Source of the DNA: Polyangiaceae bacterium
GTDB taxonomy: Bacteria > Myxococcota_A > Polyangia > Polyangiales > Polyangiaceae
Assembly (NCBI GenBank): GCA_044376115.1
Contig: JBILLK010000020.1
Location: 128,001 to 192,000 of the forward strand
Length of the DNA: 64,000 bases
Reading direction: 5' to 3'
Under the pieces are notes generated by a model. The model made no database searches and was not told the origin of the DNA. It was given only the letters and a program-made list of their open reading frames with translations. How positions within the stretch are numbered: the stretch's first letter is position 1; the number at the start of each line of letters is the position of its first letter. Shown in pieces: positions 18,439-27,980 of the stretch. Both the position numbers and the translations under genes were made by a program.

Positions 18439-20160
18439 TCACTCGCCCACGTGCAGAGAGCTGGAGACTTTCCCGGTACGGGTATTTTCCACCGTCAGCG
18501 TGAACTTACCGCTCCCTCGTACGACCCAGGAAAGCTTCCGTCGTGCGGACTCTCCGATCGAACGCAGCAAGACGGGGGTCGTCGAGCGGTCATTGCCGCC
18601 CCAACCGGGCAAGTGACCAAGCTCCCGGACCGACTCGTGGCCGTCGAGGAGCAAGCCGTCCGCCACGTGGACGCTTGCGCGCACTGGATCGGCATAGGAG
18701 CGCTGCTTCGCCGAGCCGAGAAAGTAGGAAGGCAAATAGCCCTGATTCTCGATCACGGCACTGACGAGGCTCGTACCGGTCGCGATCGCACGAACCTCGA
18801 GGGAGCTGATCACGATGCGCGGAGCCAACGCTGCAAGCCGCAAAAAGAAGCTGGATTGGGCTTTACACAGCTCGTTGAGCCGATGCAGCGGCGGGTTCCA
18901 CACTCCGACCAGAGGGTCATAGCCCCCGAGCTCGACCGCCCCGAGTTGCGGATGCTCGAACGGGCGCCACGCACCGATGATGCGACCTTCATTGTGATCG
19001 CGATCCCAGGCGGCGATCTGCGCGATGGCCGCTGGTCCGCAGTAATCCTCGTAGTTCTTGATGAACGGCCGCTTGACCTCAAAACCGACCTGCTTCCAAA
19101 AATCCCAAAGTTCACACACGAGACCAATCGCCCCGCGATCGACGTACGCATAGTTGGCCAAGTCGCCATGCAGCGGCTTGTCGGGCTCGTAGGTGAACTC
19201 GGTAAATCCACTGACGGTGGGGTAGCCAGCAAACTCTTTGGCCCAGGTTTCAAGCTGACGGAACACCGCTGCATCGTGCGGATCCAACTTGCTATCGGGC
19301 TTGTCATTGAGCGGACGTATATAGACGCCACCAAAGGTGTGCAGGCTCAGCCAGGCAAAGATGTTGGGATTCTGCGCAGCAAACGCGACGACTCCACGGG
19401 ACTCGGGTTCACTCATCGGGAACGGACCTGCCCCCGCTTGTTCGGGCTCGGCGCGCCAATCCGTCGGGAAGTTGCGGTTGAGATCGGTCTGCGTGTCGCT
19501 CAAGTAGTGAGCGCGCGGAACGGAGAAACCATCCCATCGTTCGATCGTGCCCTCGGGGTAAACGCGATAGAACGGCCCTTCGTCCTCGACGGAGCGCGGC
19601 AGCATCAAGTTGGGCACCTCCTTCGACTGAACGAAGTCGCCCGTCGCGTCCTTTACGCGCATTATCAGCGAGAGACCGTCGCCGTCGACGTCCTCATGCC
19701 GCCAATACGGCCCGTGATTGCCTAGCCGATGGTCACGGTGGTTGGAGCGAACGAAGTGCCGCTGCGCGAGCACACGCTCAGCGCCGTCTGGGCTCAGCCG
19801 CGGCGCGATATGGAAGAGCACACCAGCCTTCATCCAACTCGCGACGTGCGCAGGCAAATCACCAAGCGGCTCTCCGGCAAAGCCGCGCAGGAGGTCTTCG
19901 GCGATGGCGAGGCAGACGCTCGACCCACAGAGTTCGCTCGCGTGAATGTTGCCGTCCAGCCAAGCAGCGGGCCGCCTGCGCTCGGGCTCACGGCCGATCG
20001 TCAGTAACCACACGTCGCGCGCTCCCTCCGAGACGGCGAGCGATTGCAACCGCGCAAACTCGGGGAAAGCCTTGGCCCAGCGCTGGAGCTGCTCCGTGAG
20101 CTCGGCGTGGTTGAGAAACTGCTCGCGAAAGCCCAAGCTCAAGGAGTCGATCGAGGTCAC
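18439..20160 (-). CDS. M14 family zinc carboxypeptidase
   Basis: GNIHASE (HxxE), SPDGAE, DLNRNFP, SEPE, SLHTFGG. Confidence 0.9.
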   Translation of the reverse strand: MTSIDSLSLGFREQFLNHAELTEQLQRWAKAFPEFARLQSLAVSEGARDVWLLTIGREPERRRPAAWLDGNIHASELCGSSVCLAIAEDLLRGFAGEPLGDLPAHVASWMKAGVLFHIAPRLSPDGAERVLAQRHFVRSNHRDHRLGNHGPYWRHEDVDGDGLSLIMRVKDATGDFVQSKEVPNLMLPRSVEDEGPFYRVYPEGTIERWDGFSVPRAHYLSDTQTDLNRNFPTDWRAEPEQAGAGPFPMSEPESRGVVAFAAQNPNIFAWLSLHTFGGVYIRPLNDKPDSKLDPHDAAVFRQLETWAKEFAGYPTVSGFTEFTYEPDKPLHGDLANYAYVDRGAIGLVCELWDFWKQVGFEVKRPFIKNYEDYCGPAAIAQIAAWDRDHNEGRIIGAWRPFEHPQLGAVELGGYDPLVGVWNPPLHRLNELCKAQSSFFLRLAALAPRIVISSLEVRAIATGTSLVSAVIENQGYLPSYFLGSAKQRSYADPVRASVHVADGLLLDGHESVRELGHLPGWGGNDRSTTPVLLRSIGESARRKLSWVVRGSGKFTLTVENTRTGKVSSSLHVGE

Positions 20161-20666
20161 GTTGGCGCGGAGTGTACTCGCTTTGCAAGACGCCCGGACC
20201 GCCGTTCAATCGCTGCGGCGCGCATGCGCTCCTCCTCGGGCGTTTCAACCACCAGCTCGGGGACACTCACCGGGCGCCCCTCGCGAAAGGCTACGAAGGT
20301 GAGAAAGCCAGACACGCAGGGCCAGGTCTCACCGGTCACCGCGTCCTCACCGCGTACGTCGACGAACACTTCGCACGAGGTGCGAAATGAAGCCGTCACG
20401 CGAGCCTCGAGCCGAACCACCTGGCCCACGCGAATGGGTTGCTCAAACGAGAGGTCATCGATGCCAGCGGTGACACCCACCGATCCCATGAAGCGTTGCG
20501 AGCAGATGGCGGCGCACAGGTCCATCCAGGCAAGGACTTGTCCACCGAACACATTTCCAAGCGCGTTCGCGTGGGTTGGAAGCACGTACTCGGTCATCTG
20601 GGTGAAGGATCCGCGCGCGTGCTTCCGGGGCCTTTCAGCGGGAATTTCTGACATGTTGCTGCCCAT
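20157..20666 (-). CDS. Acyl-CoA thioesterase (hotdog fold, YciA-like)
   Basis: VLPTHANALGNVFGGQVLAWMD motif; 4-bp overlap with the M14 gene start; start 20666 or 20654. Confidence 0.88.
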   Translation of the reverse strand: MGSNMSEIPAERPRKHARGSFTQMTEYVLPTHANALGNVFGGQVLAWMDLCAAICSQRFMGSVGVTAGIDDLSFEQPIRVGQVVRLEARVTASFRTSCEVFVDVRGEDAVTGETWPCVSGFLTFVAFREGRPVSVPELVVETPEEERMRAAAIERRSGRLAKRVHSAPT

Positions 20667-20714
20667 GGCCCGCCTGCCATCAGGCCGCAACCTTCTGCTC
20701 GACGCGACCGAAGA

Positions 20715-22025
20715 ATGCTGGGCTTTGACTTGGAGACCGTCCTTCGGTCTGATGCTTTTGTGCGCTCAGCCTTGGCTCTGGCCCTTGTCGTGGTGTCGCT
20801 CCACGGTTGCGAAGCTTCACTCGAGGTGGAGCCCGTCGTGGTGCAGACCCGCACGACCCTGCAGCCCAAACCCGCGGTAGATCCAGCACCTCGCGCCAAG
20901 GGGAAGGCCAGCGGAGATGTCAGCGTCAAAGTGCTGCATCACGACGCCTGGACGGGCAGCGTTACCCTGCTCGGCATCGATCGCGAGGAGCGCCAAGCGG
21001 TCGTTCGCCTCGAAGCGCACGACCCACCGACGTTGTCCTTCGAGACGATCGACCTCACAGGCAAAGGGCGCGTGCGTTCTTGGTCGACCACCGGCGAACG
21101 CGCGCGCGAGGCCATCGGGCATCCCTTTTTCTCCCAGCTTGGCGATGATTTCGCCGCGGACGCTGGCCGCTTCGCGACCTTGCTACACAAGCTCGGGCCT
21201 TGGCACGCCCGCGGCGCATTGGCGTCCCCCACCTTCGCGGTAGGTCCGCGGCCAGAACGATTTCTGTTTGGAGCCGCCGCGACCGACGGCTCAAAGGGTG
21301 ATTGGCTTTTCGGCGCTGCGTTTCCTGGCGCGAGTCGGCGTCTGGATGCAGGTCTGAAGGCAAGCTATCGGCCCGTGTTCGATCCCACCGGAGAAACCGT
21401 AGCCTTCGTCGGATGTCAAACCTCCCCTTGCGACTACGGTCTGTTCCTGACCAACTTTAGAGAGGGCAAGCCGCGCCGAGTCGCTGGGATCCAAGGGGCC
21501 TCTAACCCGCAATGGCACAACGGCTCGGTGTTGACGCTGGGGACCAAAGGCAAGGCGCGCTGTCTCTTCCGTGCCCCCCAAGGAGCCGGGATGGCGACGG
21601 CGCTCGAGTGCCTCGAGGGAGTGGAAGAGGCCGCCTTCACGCAAGATGCAGAAGGAAGAACGGCCGTTCTATCGGGCACTCGCGGGCGCGCCGGTGAGCA
21701 GCGGGTCGACGTGGTTTGGGTGTTGCTCGAAGACGGGTCGGTGCTTGGCGAGCACACGGTGGAGAAAGCCGTGGGGTCGAGCGTACTCTCGGATTCTGGC
21801 TTACTTGCCCTGCCCATGCAGCGAGGCTCGCTGGCGGTGGTGGATTTGGTGACGGGCGTGTCGGCGCAACTGGGCGAACACGACGGCTGGTTCTTCGGCT
21901 TCGACGGCGCTCGCTGGGTTGGAGATTCCTTGGTACTGCTGCGCAAACTGGGCGATCAGCCGGGCTTTGATGTGGTGAGCGTGGACGCGCGCTCGTTGGC
22001 CCAACGCAACAAGCCCTGGCTTTGA
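20715..22025 (+). CDS. Hypothetical lipoprotein with TolB-like beta-propeller features
   Basis: Hydrophobic stretch ending LHGC; PVFDPTGETVAF resembles a WD40/PD40 repeat. Confidence 0.55.
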   Translation: MLGFDLETVLRSDAFVRSALALALVVVSLHGCEASLEVEPVVVQTRTTLQPKPAVDPAPRAKGKASGDVSVKVLHHDAWTGSVTLLGIDREERQAVVRLEAHDPPTLSFETIDLTGKGRVRSWSTTGERAREAIGHPFFSQLGDDFAADAGRFATLLHKLGPWHARGALASPTFAVGPRPERFLFGAAATDGSKGDWLFGAAFPGASRRLDAGLKASYRPVFDPTGETVAFVGCQTSPCDYGLFLTNFREGKPRRVAGIQGASNPQWHNGSVLTLGTKGKARCLFRAPQGAGMATALECLEGVEEAAFTQDAEGRTAVLSGTRGRAGEQRVDVVWVLLEDGSVLGEHTVEKAVGSSVLSDSGLLALPMQRGSLAVVDLVTGVSAQLGEHDGWFFGFDGARWVGDSLVLLRKLGDQPGFDVVSVDARSLAQRNKPWL

Positions 22026-22188
22026 AAGCGGCGGTTGAACACCGCTTCTTCGTGCCCATGAGCTCGCCGCCCGAATGAAGTTCTCATGGCGGGCGCAAGT
22101 CCGCCATGGCAAGGGGGGTTCGGTTTGGGGGAGCTGTGCCGCTGGGGCGCGCTCGATCTTGAACAACTTCACAACCGCAGGAGTTCTG

Positions 22189-23364
22189 ATGATTCGGTCC
22201 GTTGCGCTCTCCAGTCTTTTGCTTACCGGATGCTTCTTCGCGCCCGACGCCCCTCAACCGAGCGGGGCCAAGGCCGCGACCCCCGCCGGCGTGCCAACGA
22301 GTAGCAAGCCTGCCGAGCCTGAGGAGCCGCCCTTCCCCAAGCCGGCCCAGGTGGATGAACACCGCCTTTCAGTTGGGCTCGAGCGGGTTTGCCTCGTCAA
22401 AGGCGATCGTGGCTACTGCGTTGGTACCAACAACAACCTCGAGCTCGGGGACGGAACCACCGAGTCGCGAGGCGCAGGCACCGAGCCGGGCCAAGGCAAA
22501 CTCAAGGACGTCTGGCAGATCGCAGCGACCGAGAACGGCCACTCGTGTGCGCTCGCCGGCGGTAAAGCCTGGTGTTACGGCAAGTACGGTGTGTCCGAGA
22601 CGCCGGCCATCCGGCCGGAGGTGAAGAAGGCAACGTGGATGAGCGGCGGCTACGCGAGCTACTGCTTCGTCCACGACGGCGGCAAAGTCCAATGCCTCGG
22701 CCCCGGGCTCTACAAGGACAAGACCTTCGCGGTCACCGGCATCACCGATGCCGCCCGCATCAGCTGCGACGCCGGAGTGAGCGGAGAACAGTGCTGCGCA
22801 GTGCTCACCTCGGGAAAGGTCGCGTGTTTCGGCGGCGACAACCAGAGCGGCTCGCTGGGTCGTGGGTTCGCCGGGCCGCCGCCATCCGGTCCCACGCTGA
22901 AGGAAGCGGGAGAGGTCGTCGGACTCACTGACGTCGTCGATGTGGCCGGCGGGGATGACGCTTGGTGCGCGGTCACCAAGAACAACGAGCTGTGGTGTTG
23001 GGGCAACAACAACTTCGACCGATTTGGCGTGAGCGACGACAAATCGAAGCAGTTCTTGCAACCCACCAAGATCGCGATCCCTGAGGTGACCGACGTCGCG
23101 GTGGGATCGACGTCGATTTGCGCCATTCAAAAGAAGGGCACCATCAGCTGCTTCGGCTTCGGCTCAAGCAGCTATTTCCCGGCCGGCAAAGGGTATCCCA
23201 AGGCCGGGAAGCTGTGGCCGGGAGCCAAGCTCGACACCCCCACCGAGATTGCAACGAGCGGTCGCCTGCTGTGCGTGCTGGCCGCTGGGGACAAGGTCAC
23301 CTGCTACGGGGACGGCGCGAAGCTGGGAGTCGCCGACGGCGCACCCAAAGAATTCGCATTTTGA
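22189..23364 (+). CDS. RCC1-like repeat lipoprotein
   Basis: AGGAG SD before ATG 22189; lipobox LTGC; repeats of HSCAL/CAV...G.V.CWG.N..G.LG. Confidence 0.8.
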   Translation: MIRSVALSSLLLTGCFFAPDAPQPSGAKAATPAGVPTSSKPAEPEEPPFPKPAQVDEHRLSVGLERVCLVKGDRGYCVGTNNNLELGDGTTESRGAGTEPGQGKLKDVWQIAATENGHSCALAGGKAWCYGKYGVSETPAIRPEVKKATWMSGGYASYCFVHDGGKVQCLGPGLYKDKTFAVTGITDAARISCDAGVSGEQCCAVLTSGKVACFGGDNQSGSLGRGFAGPPPSGPTLKEAGEVVGLTDVVDVAGGDDAWCAVTKNNELWCWGNNNFDRFGVSDDKSKQFLQPTKIAIPEVTDVAVGSTSICAIQKKGTISCFGFGSSSYFPAGKGYPKAGKLWPGAKLDTPTEIATSGRLLCVLAAGDKVTCYGDGAKLGVADGAPKEFAF

Positions 23365-23434
23365 CGTGCGACCTTGAACTAGCGACGTCTTGAGCGAGAG
23401 GAGCGCGGCCAGTCGAAGTGGCCGCCCTCCCAGC

Positions 23435-24382
23435 TCACTTCTTGGCGGCTCCGACCAGCTTCTTTTCGAGCTCGATCCAAGGCGTAAGGTCGTCGTCGTA
23501 ACGGAAGTAGGCCGGGTCAAATTCACGCCCGTTGATCAGCACAAACGGCGTGTGCGTCAGGCCCGCTGCATCGCCCAGCGCGAGGTCGTCTTCAATCGCC
23601 TGCTCGGCCTCTGGGGAGTCCTTGTCGGTTCGATAGCGAGCAATATCAAGCCCAGCCTGCGCAGCGTAGCGCTCCAGGTCTTGATCCGAGAGAGCGCCCT
23701 GGTTTTCGAAGATCAGCTTCTCCATCTCCCAGTAGCGGCCTTGCTTATGGGCGGCGAAGGCAGCGCGAGCCGCGTAGCGAGCTCGCAGATGTTTGCTGAG
23801 GGGGAAGTACTTGTGCACCAAGCGCACGTCCTGAGGAAACTTGTGCTGCAACTCTTCGAGCAGGGGCGTCACGGCCTTGCACGCTGGGCATTCAAAATCG
23901 CTGAACACGACGATCGTGATCGGCGCGGTCTGCGGCCCCAACGCGGGGGAGGTACCGGCGGGCACTTCAACCACGCTCGAAGGATCAAAGCGTTGCTTCA
24001 GCGCCGCTCGCGCGTTGGCCCGGGCCGAGCCCGAATCCACCTTTTCGACCAAGAACTCGAGCGCCGGCTTGCAGGTCGCACAACCACGTTGCTCCTCGAT
24101 GCATTGCACGAGCGAAACCGCCTCGTTGGTGCACGGCGCGTAGGACTGCTGGGCGATGTCCCAAACCGCTTGGCGCTCGCTCTCGTCGAGCTTCTCTTGA
24201 TCGATGCCCGGCAAGGCCCGCGGAGGACCAGCGCTGGGGATGTCGTCTTTCGCGGGCTTGGCGGACGAGGAGGCCTGCTCGACGACCTCGGCACGCGACG
24301 AAAGGCCCAGCCCGCAGCCCAAAAGAGCGAGTGAAATGGTTGCGGCAAGGAGCGAGAGGGAAGGTTGGAGACGCAAAGCCAT
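23435..24382 (-). CDS. DsbA/thioredoxin-like lipoprotein
   Basis: FSDFECPAC active site, HKYFPL, THTPFVLING (cis-Pro); signal ending LLGC. Confidence 0.85.
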   Translation of the reverse strand: MALRLQPSLSLLAATISLALLGCGLGLSSRAEVVEQASSSAKPAKDDIPSAGPPRALPGIDQEKLDESERQAVWDIAQQSYAPCTNEAVSLVQCIEEQRGCATCKPALEFLVEKVDSGSARANARAALKQRFDPSSVVEVPAGTSPALGPQTAPITIVVFSDFECPACKAVTPLLEELQHKFPQDVRLVHKYFPLSKHLRARYAARAAFAAHKQGRYWEMEKLIFENQGALSDQDLERYAAQAGLDIARYRTDKDSPEAEQAIEDDLALGDAAGLTHTPFVLINGREFDPAYFRYDDDLTPWIELEKKLVGAAKK

Positions 24383-24466
24383 AGGGGGTCCTGAGCTCAA
24401 CCGCGGCCGAGCTTTTCGAGAAGGTGGCCTGCCTTTGGCTCCGTGGCAAGATGGCAGCCACAGTCG

Positions 24467-25696
24467 GTGGAAAACGTTGCTCATGCCCTCGCTGGAATTC
24501 TGCTCGCTGAGCTTGCGCTGACGCGCGCCAACAAGAACGAGGCTCCCGAAGATGCGGGCCAGCTGAGGTCGGCCAGGGTCGCCGTCGTGGTCTCGGCGCT
24601 GGCCAACAACGTCCCGGACACCGACCTTCTCTATTCGTGGATAACGCCAGGCCAGCTCGGCTACTTGCTGCATCACCGCGGACATACCCACACCTTGCCG
24701 ATCGCGATGATGCTCGGCTTGCTGGTGGCGGCGATCGCGCTTCGGGTTGCGAAGCCAAGCTCGCATCGCCGGCTCATTCTGCTCCTTGGCCTATTCGGGC
24801 CGGTGCTGCATCTGATCATGGACGCCTGGAACATCTACGGTGTTCACCCGTTCTGGCCGTTCGATAGTCGCTGGTACTACGGGGACAGGATCTTCATCTT
24901 GGAGCCGCTGCTCTGGGTCACGGCGATCCCGAGCGTGTTTCGCAATGCTCGCTCACGGATGTTTCGCATCACGCTGGGTGTGCTCGCGGCCTTCATCGTA
25001 GTGGTCCCTTGGTTCGCGCGGTCCTTCATTCCCTGGCCGCTCAGTGCGTTCATCGCCGTCGTGTTTGCGCTTTCGGTGCTCGTTGCCAGTCGCACCAGCG
25101 CGCGGAGTCGCATCGTCTTCGCGTGCGCCGCGTGGCTAAGCGTCTTGGCGGGCTTCTCCATCGCTCGGTTGCGCGCAGAACAGCTGGTCATGGTCGACCT
25201 CTACGCTGAGAACCCTGAGGCCGTCGTGCTCGACGTCGCGCTCACGCCGCTCCCGTCGAATCCCTTCTGCTGGAACGTCTACCTAACCATGCTGCCCGAG
25301 CCACGCGGCGACGCGTTCGTCGTTCGGCGCGGTAGTGCTGCCCCGTTCGTGCGTGGACTGTGTCCGCGCATTCCCGGCAGCACGACCGCGCAGCTAGCGG
25401 AAGTCGCTGCATCCCCTGAGCACATCGTGTGGGCGGGAGAGGCCAAGCTGTCGCAGGCTCAGCTGCGCTCGTTGGCGCAGCGCTGCGACGTCGGCGCTGC
25501 CATGCAATTTTACCGCACGCCCTTCTGGGTCCAGCGCGAAGACTCGTTGGTGCTGGGAGATCTGCGCTTCGACCGCACCGAAGGCGTCGACTTCCCGGAG
25601 CTTACGCTGGAACCAAACGCACCAGCGCAATGCCCCAAGTTCGTAACGAACTGGCAGCCTCCCCGGCAGCGCCTGCTCGAGGACGGTCACGAGTGA
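24467..25696 (+). CDS. Inner-membrane metal-dependent hydrolase (YdjM-like)
   Basis: ENVAHAL, NVPDTD, HHRGHTHT, HLIMDAWNIYGVHPFWPF motifs. Confidence 0.85.
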   Translation: MENVAHALAGILLAELALTRANKNEAPEDAGQLRSARVAVVVSALANNVPDTDLLYSWITPGQLGYLLHHRGHTHTLPIAMMLGLLVAAIALRVAKPSSHRRLILLLGLFGPVLHLIMDAWNIYGVHPFWPFDSRWYYGDRIFILEPLLWVTAIPSVFRNARSRMFRITLGVLAAFIVVVPWFARSFIPWPLSAFIAVVFALSVLVASRTSARSRIVFACAAWLSVLAGFSIARLRAEQLVMVDLYAENPEAVVLDVALTPLPSNPFCWNVYLTMLPEPRGDAFVVRRGSAAPFVRGLCPRIPGSTTAQLAEVAASPEHIVWAGEAKLSQAQLRSLAQRCDVGAAMQFYRTPFWVQREDSLVLGDLRFDRTEGVDFPELTLEPNAPAQCPKFVTNWQPPRQRLLEDGHE

Positions 25697-27942
25697 GCGC
25701 GGCTCTCGGTTGACTTCTCACCGACCGGCAGGAAGAAGCGCAGCGGCGAGCGAAAGAAGCCGTAAACCACGTGGAACAACAGCTTGAGCGCCTGCAAGAA
25801 AGAAACGTCTCGCGCTCGCATCGCCACACCCAGCGCCAACCCAAAACTGACGACGAGGTTGAGGCTCAGGATACCGAGGAGGCCGAGCAACGCCGAATGA
25901 AACTCTGACGTCGACAAGACCGATACGCCGAGGGCGCGCAACGCGAAGGTGAGCGAACTCGTGCTGATCGTGATGTGACGGATCTCGACGTTCAAGCCGA
26001 CGAACTCGCCCAAGATCGGTGTAAAGCCCAGCATCAAGCCGATCGCGAGGTTGCCGCCGATTCCCCCGATATTGCGTCCGACGAAGCGCCCCGCGCCCCG
26101 CATCAACCTGCGACCAAAAAGGCGTCGCCAACGATGTTCCTCGATTGCCTCGGGGAGTCGCCGATACACGGCCCAGTTCTCGACCCAGCCCGCGGCCAGG
26201 CTCGAAAGCCAGAGTATGACGGCGGTCACCACAGCGAACCCCAACGTCCCCGACTGGGTCGGATGCAGCGACGCGATGGTCTTGTGCGCGTAGTCCGCCG
26301 TGAGGACGTGCTCGCCCCCGGCTGACTGCTCCGTCCACAGCCAATCGAGCGCGAGGCTCGCCGGAATGACGAGGAGAATGTTGCCGGCCGCCGCCGCGAT
26401 TTGGGAGCGAACGAGGCGAGCAACGGTGGTCACCAGCTCGCTGGAGTCGGCGGTCTTGTCGCTCAGTGCAAAAGCCAATGCAGCCGCGGTCATGCTTGGC
26501 TGCTTGGTCGCGAGGGTGAACCCAGCCAGTTGCATGAGGATGAAGCTGCCGGCGTAGTTGGCCGAAATCAGGAGGCCCTCCTGCAACAGTGGCCGATGCA
26601 GGTGACCGACGGCGAGCTTCACGACGTTGGTTCCGGCAGCGAGCAATCCGCCTCCGCTCGCGGCGAGGAACATCTTGGCGAATTCGCCCTTCGAGATGGT
26701 GATGTAGTGCTCGCCGGTTTGACCCGCACGCTCGATGATCTTGCGCGCCAGCATGTGGGTGTTGGTCCGGACGATATCCAGCAGGCTCAGATCGCGACGG
26801 CGGTCATCGAGCAAACGCATCAGCGTGCCCACGCTCCGAGCCGCAAGCTCCTCGCTCGCCTGCGGGACGAGCACGCTCAGCAACAGCTCCAATCGATTGA
26901 GGCTGCGCTCGATCAACTCGAGCCGGTAAACAACGTCGACGCTGACCCCAGCTGCCTCGAGTCGCGATTGCACCTCTTGCTGCGTCAGCCGACAGCTCGT
27001 CACCAGCTCGCGAACGTGTTCGACCCACGAGGCGATCTCCTCGGCCTCGCGCCGTGGTGTCGCTAGCAACGCGTCGATCACCCGCGGCAGCCGAAAGAAC
27101 GGCGATTCTTGCAGCGTCTTGAGATCGGTCCGCGAGCGAATCACATCCGAGAGCCCAGCCGCAGAAACCCGTGACGCAAGCAGCAGCGTTGCCTCGAGTA
27201 CGGCGACGCGAAGGGGCAAATACGCGCTCGCCACCCGACTGCTCGAGGGCAGACTCGCGCGCGGGTCGGGAAGGGACGGCAGCTCACCGAGCGCCAGATC
27301 GGCAGCAGACAGCTGCCTGCTGCTGAGCGGAGTCGGTGCTGCAATGAACTCTGGCGTCCTCGTGAGTTCGATCAGATTCACCAGCAAAGACGGTGGAACC
27401 CGAGCGAGCCAGGCCCAGTCCGCGTGTTTTGGAAACAGCCGCTCCACAAGCTGGATCAGGTCCTGTTCGTCGATCGGTTGCGGCAGCAGCCGGCGGGACA
27501 AGCGATCGATCGTCTCCGAGAACAGCCCACTATCGCCGGGTATCCCAAGCCGTGCGAACAGCGCTTGACCCGTGAGCTCACCGAGTACCGCGCGCAGCAG
27601 TTTGGAGAGCCGTGCGCGGAAGGACCCGAACAACCAGAGCGAGTGACAGAGGAAGCGCAGGCGTCGCAGCGCCGGGGGTTCACCCGAAGCCTCGGCCCAA
27701 AGTGCGGGCACCTCACCGCCACGACGCACCCAGTGACTGAGATCGACGAGGCGTGCCTCTCGTTCGAACAGCTCCGCCTTCGGGTCGATAGCGGCCAACA
27801 AGCCGTACAAGCGGCTCGCGCTGTGCGACGCCCCCCCGCTGGCAGCACCGTACGCAAAAACCCCCCAAGATCTGGGATCGCGTCGGTCGCCACTGGGCCT
27901 GAATCGGTGGCGAGGGACATTACGCTGGCAAGCTAACGGCAT
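25687..27942 (-). CDS. Gcr-like multi-pass membrane protein (family annotated 'site-specific recombinase'); start uncertain
   Basis: GVSVDVVYRL, TGEHYIT, FTLATKQPSMTA, RSQIAAAAGN, EIRHITIS motifs; many C-terminal TM helices. Confidence 0.75.
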   Translation of the reverse strand: MPLACQRNVPRHRFRPSGDRRDPRSWGVFAYGAASGGASHSASRLYGLLAAIDPKAELFEREARLVDLSHWVRRGGEVPALWAEASGEPPALRRLRFLCHSLWLFGSFRARLSKLLRAVLGELTGQALFARLGIPGDSGLFSETIDRLSRRLLPQPIDEQDLIQLVERLFPKHADWAWLARVPPSLLVNLIELTRTPEFIAAPTPLSSRQLSAADLALGELPSLPDPRASLPSSSRVASAYLPLRVAVLEATLLLASRVSAAGLSDVIRSRTDLKTLQESPFFRLPRVIDALLATPRREAEEIASWVEHVRELVTSCRLTQQEVQSRLEAAGVSVDVVYRLELIERSLNRLELLLSVLVPQASEELAARSVGTLMRLLDDRRRDLSLLDIVRTNTHMLARKIIERAGQTGEHYITISKGEFAKMFLAASGGGLLAAGTNVVKLAVGHLHRPLLQEGLLISANYAGSFILMQLAGFTLATKQPSMTAAALAFALSDKTADSSELVTTVARLVRSQIAAAAGNILLVIPASLALDWLWTEQSAGGEHVLTADYAHKTIASLHPTQSGTLGFAVVTAVILWLSSLAAGWVENWAVYRRLPEAIEEHRWRRLFGRRLMRGAGRFVGRNIGGIGGNLAIGLMLGFTPILGEFVGLNVEIRHITISTSSLTFALRALGVSVLSTSEFHSALLGLLGILSLNLVVSFGLALGVAMRARDVSFLQALKLLFHVVYGFFRSPLRFFLPVGEKSTESRAHS

Positions 27943-27980
27943 CCGCTCGGACGAGCTACGTGTGCTAAGACGCAGCGACG

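Noticed and set aside
18403..19725. 440-aa plus-strand ORF opposite the M14 peptidase
   Set aside because: Antisense shadow ORF; the minus-strand gene has clear catalytic motifs
24383..24766. N-terminal extension of the DsbA ORF
   Set aside because: Overlaps the divergent hydrolase; the signal peptide begins at ATG 24382
25687..27942. Possible mobile element based on the 'site-specific recombinase' family name
   Set aside because: Membrane protein without recombinase motifs; no att sites or cargo
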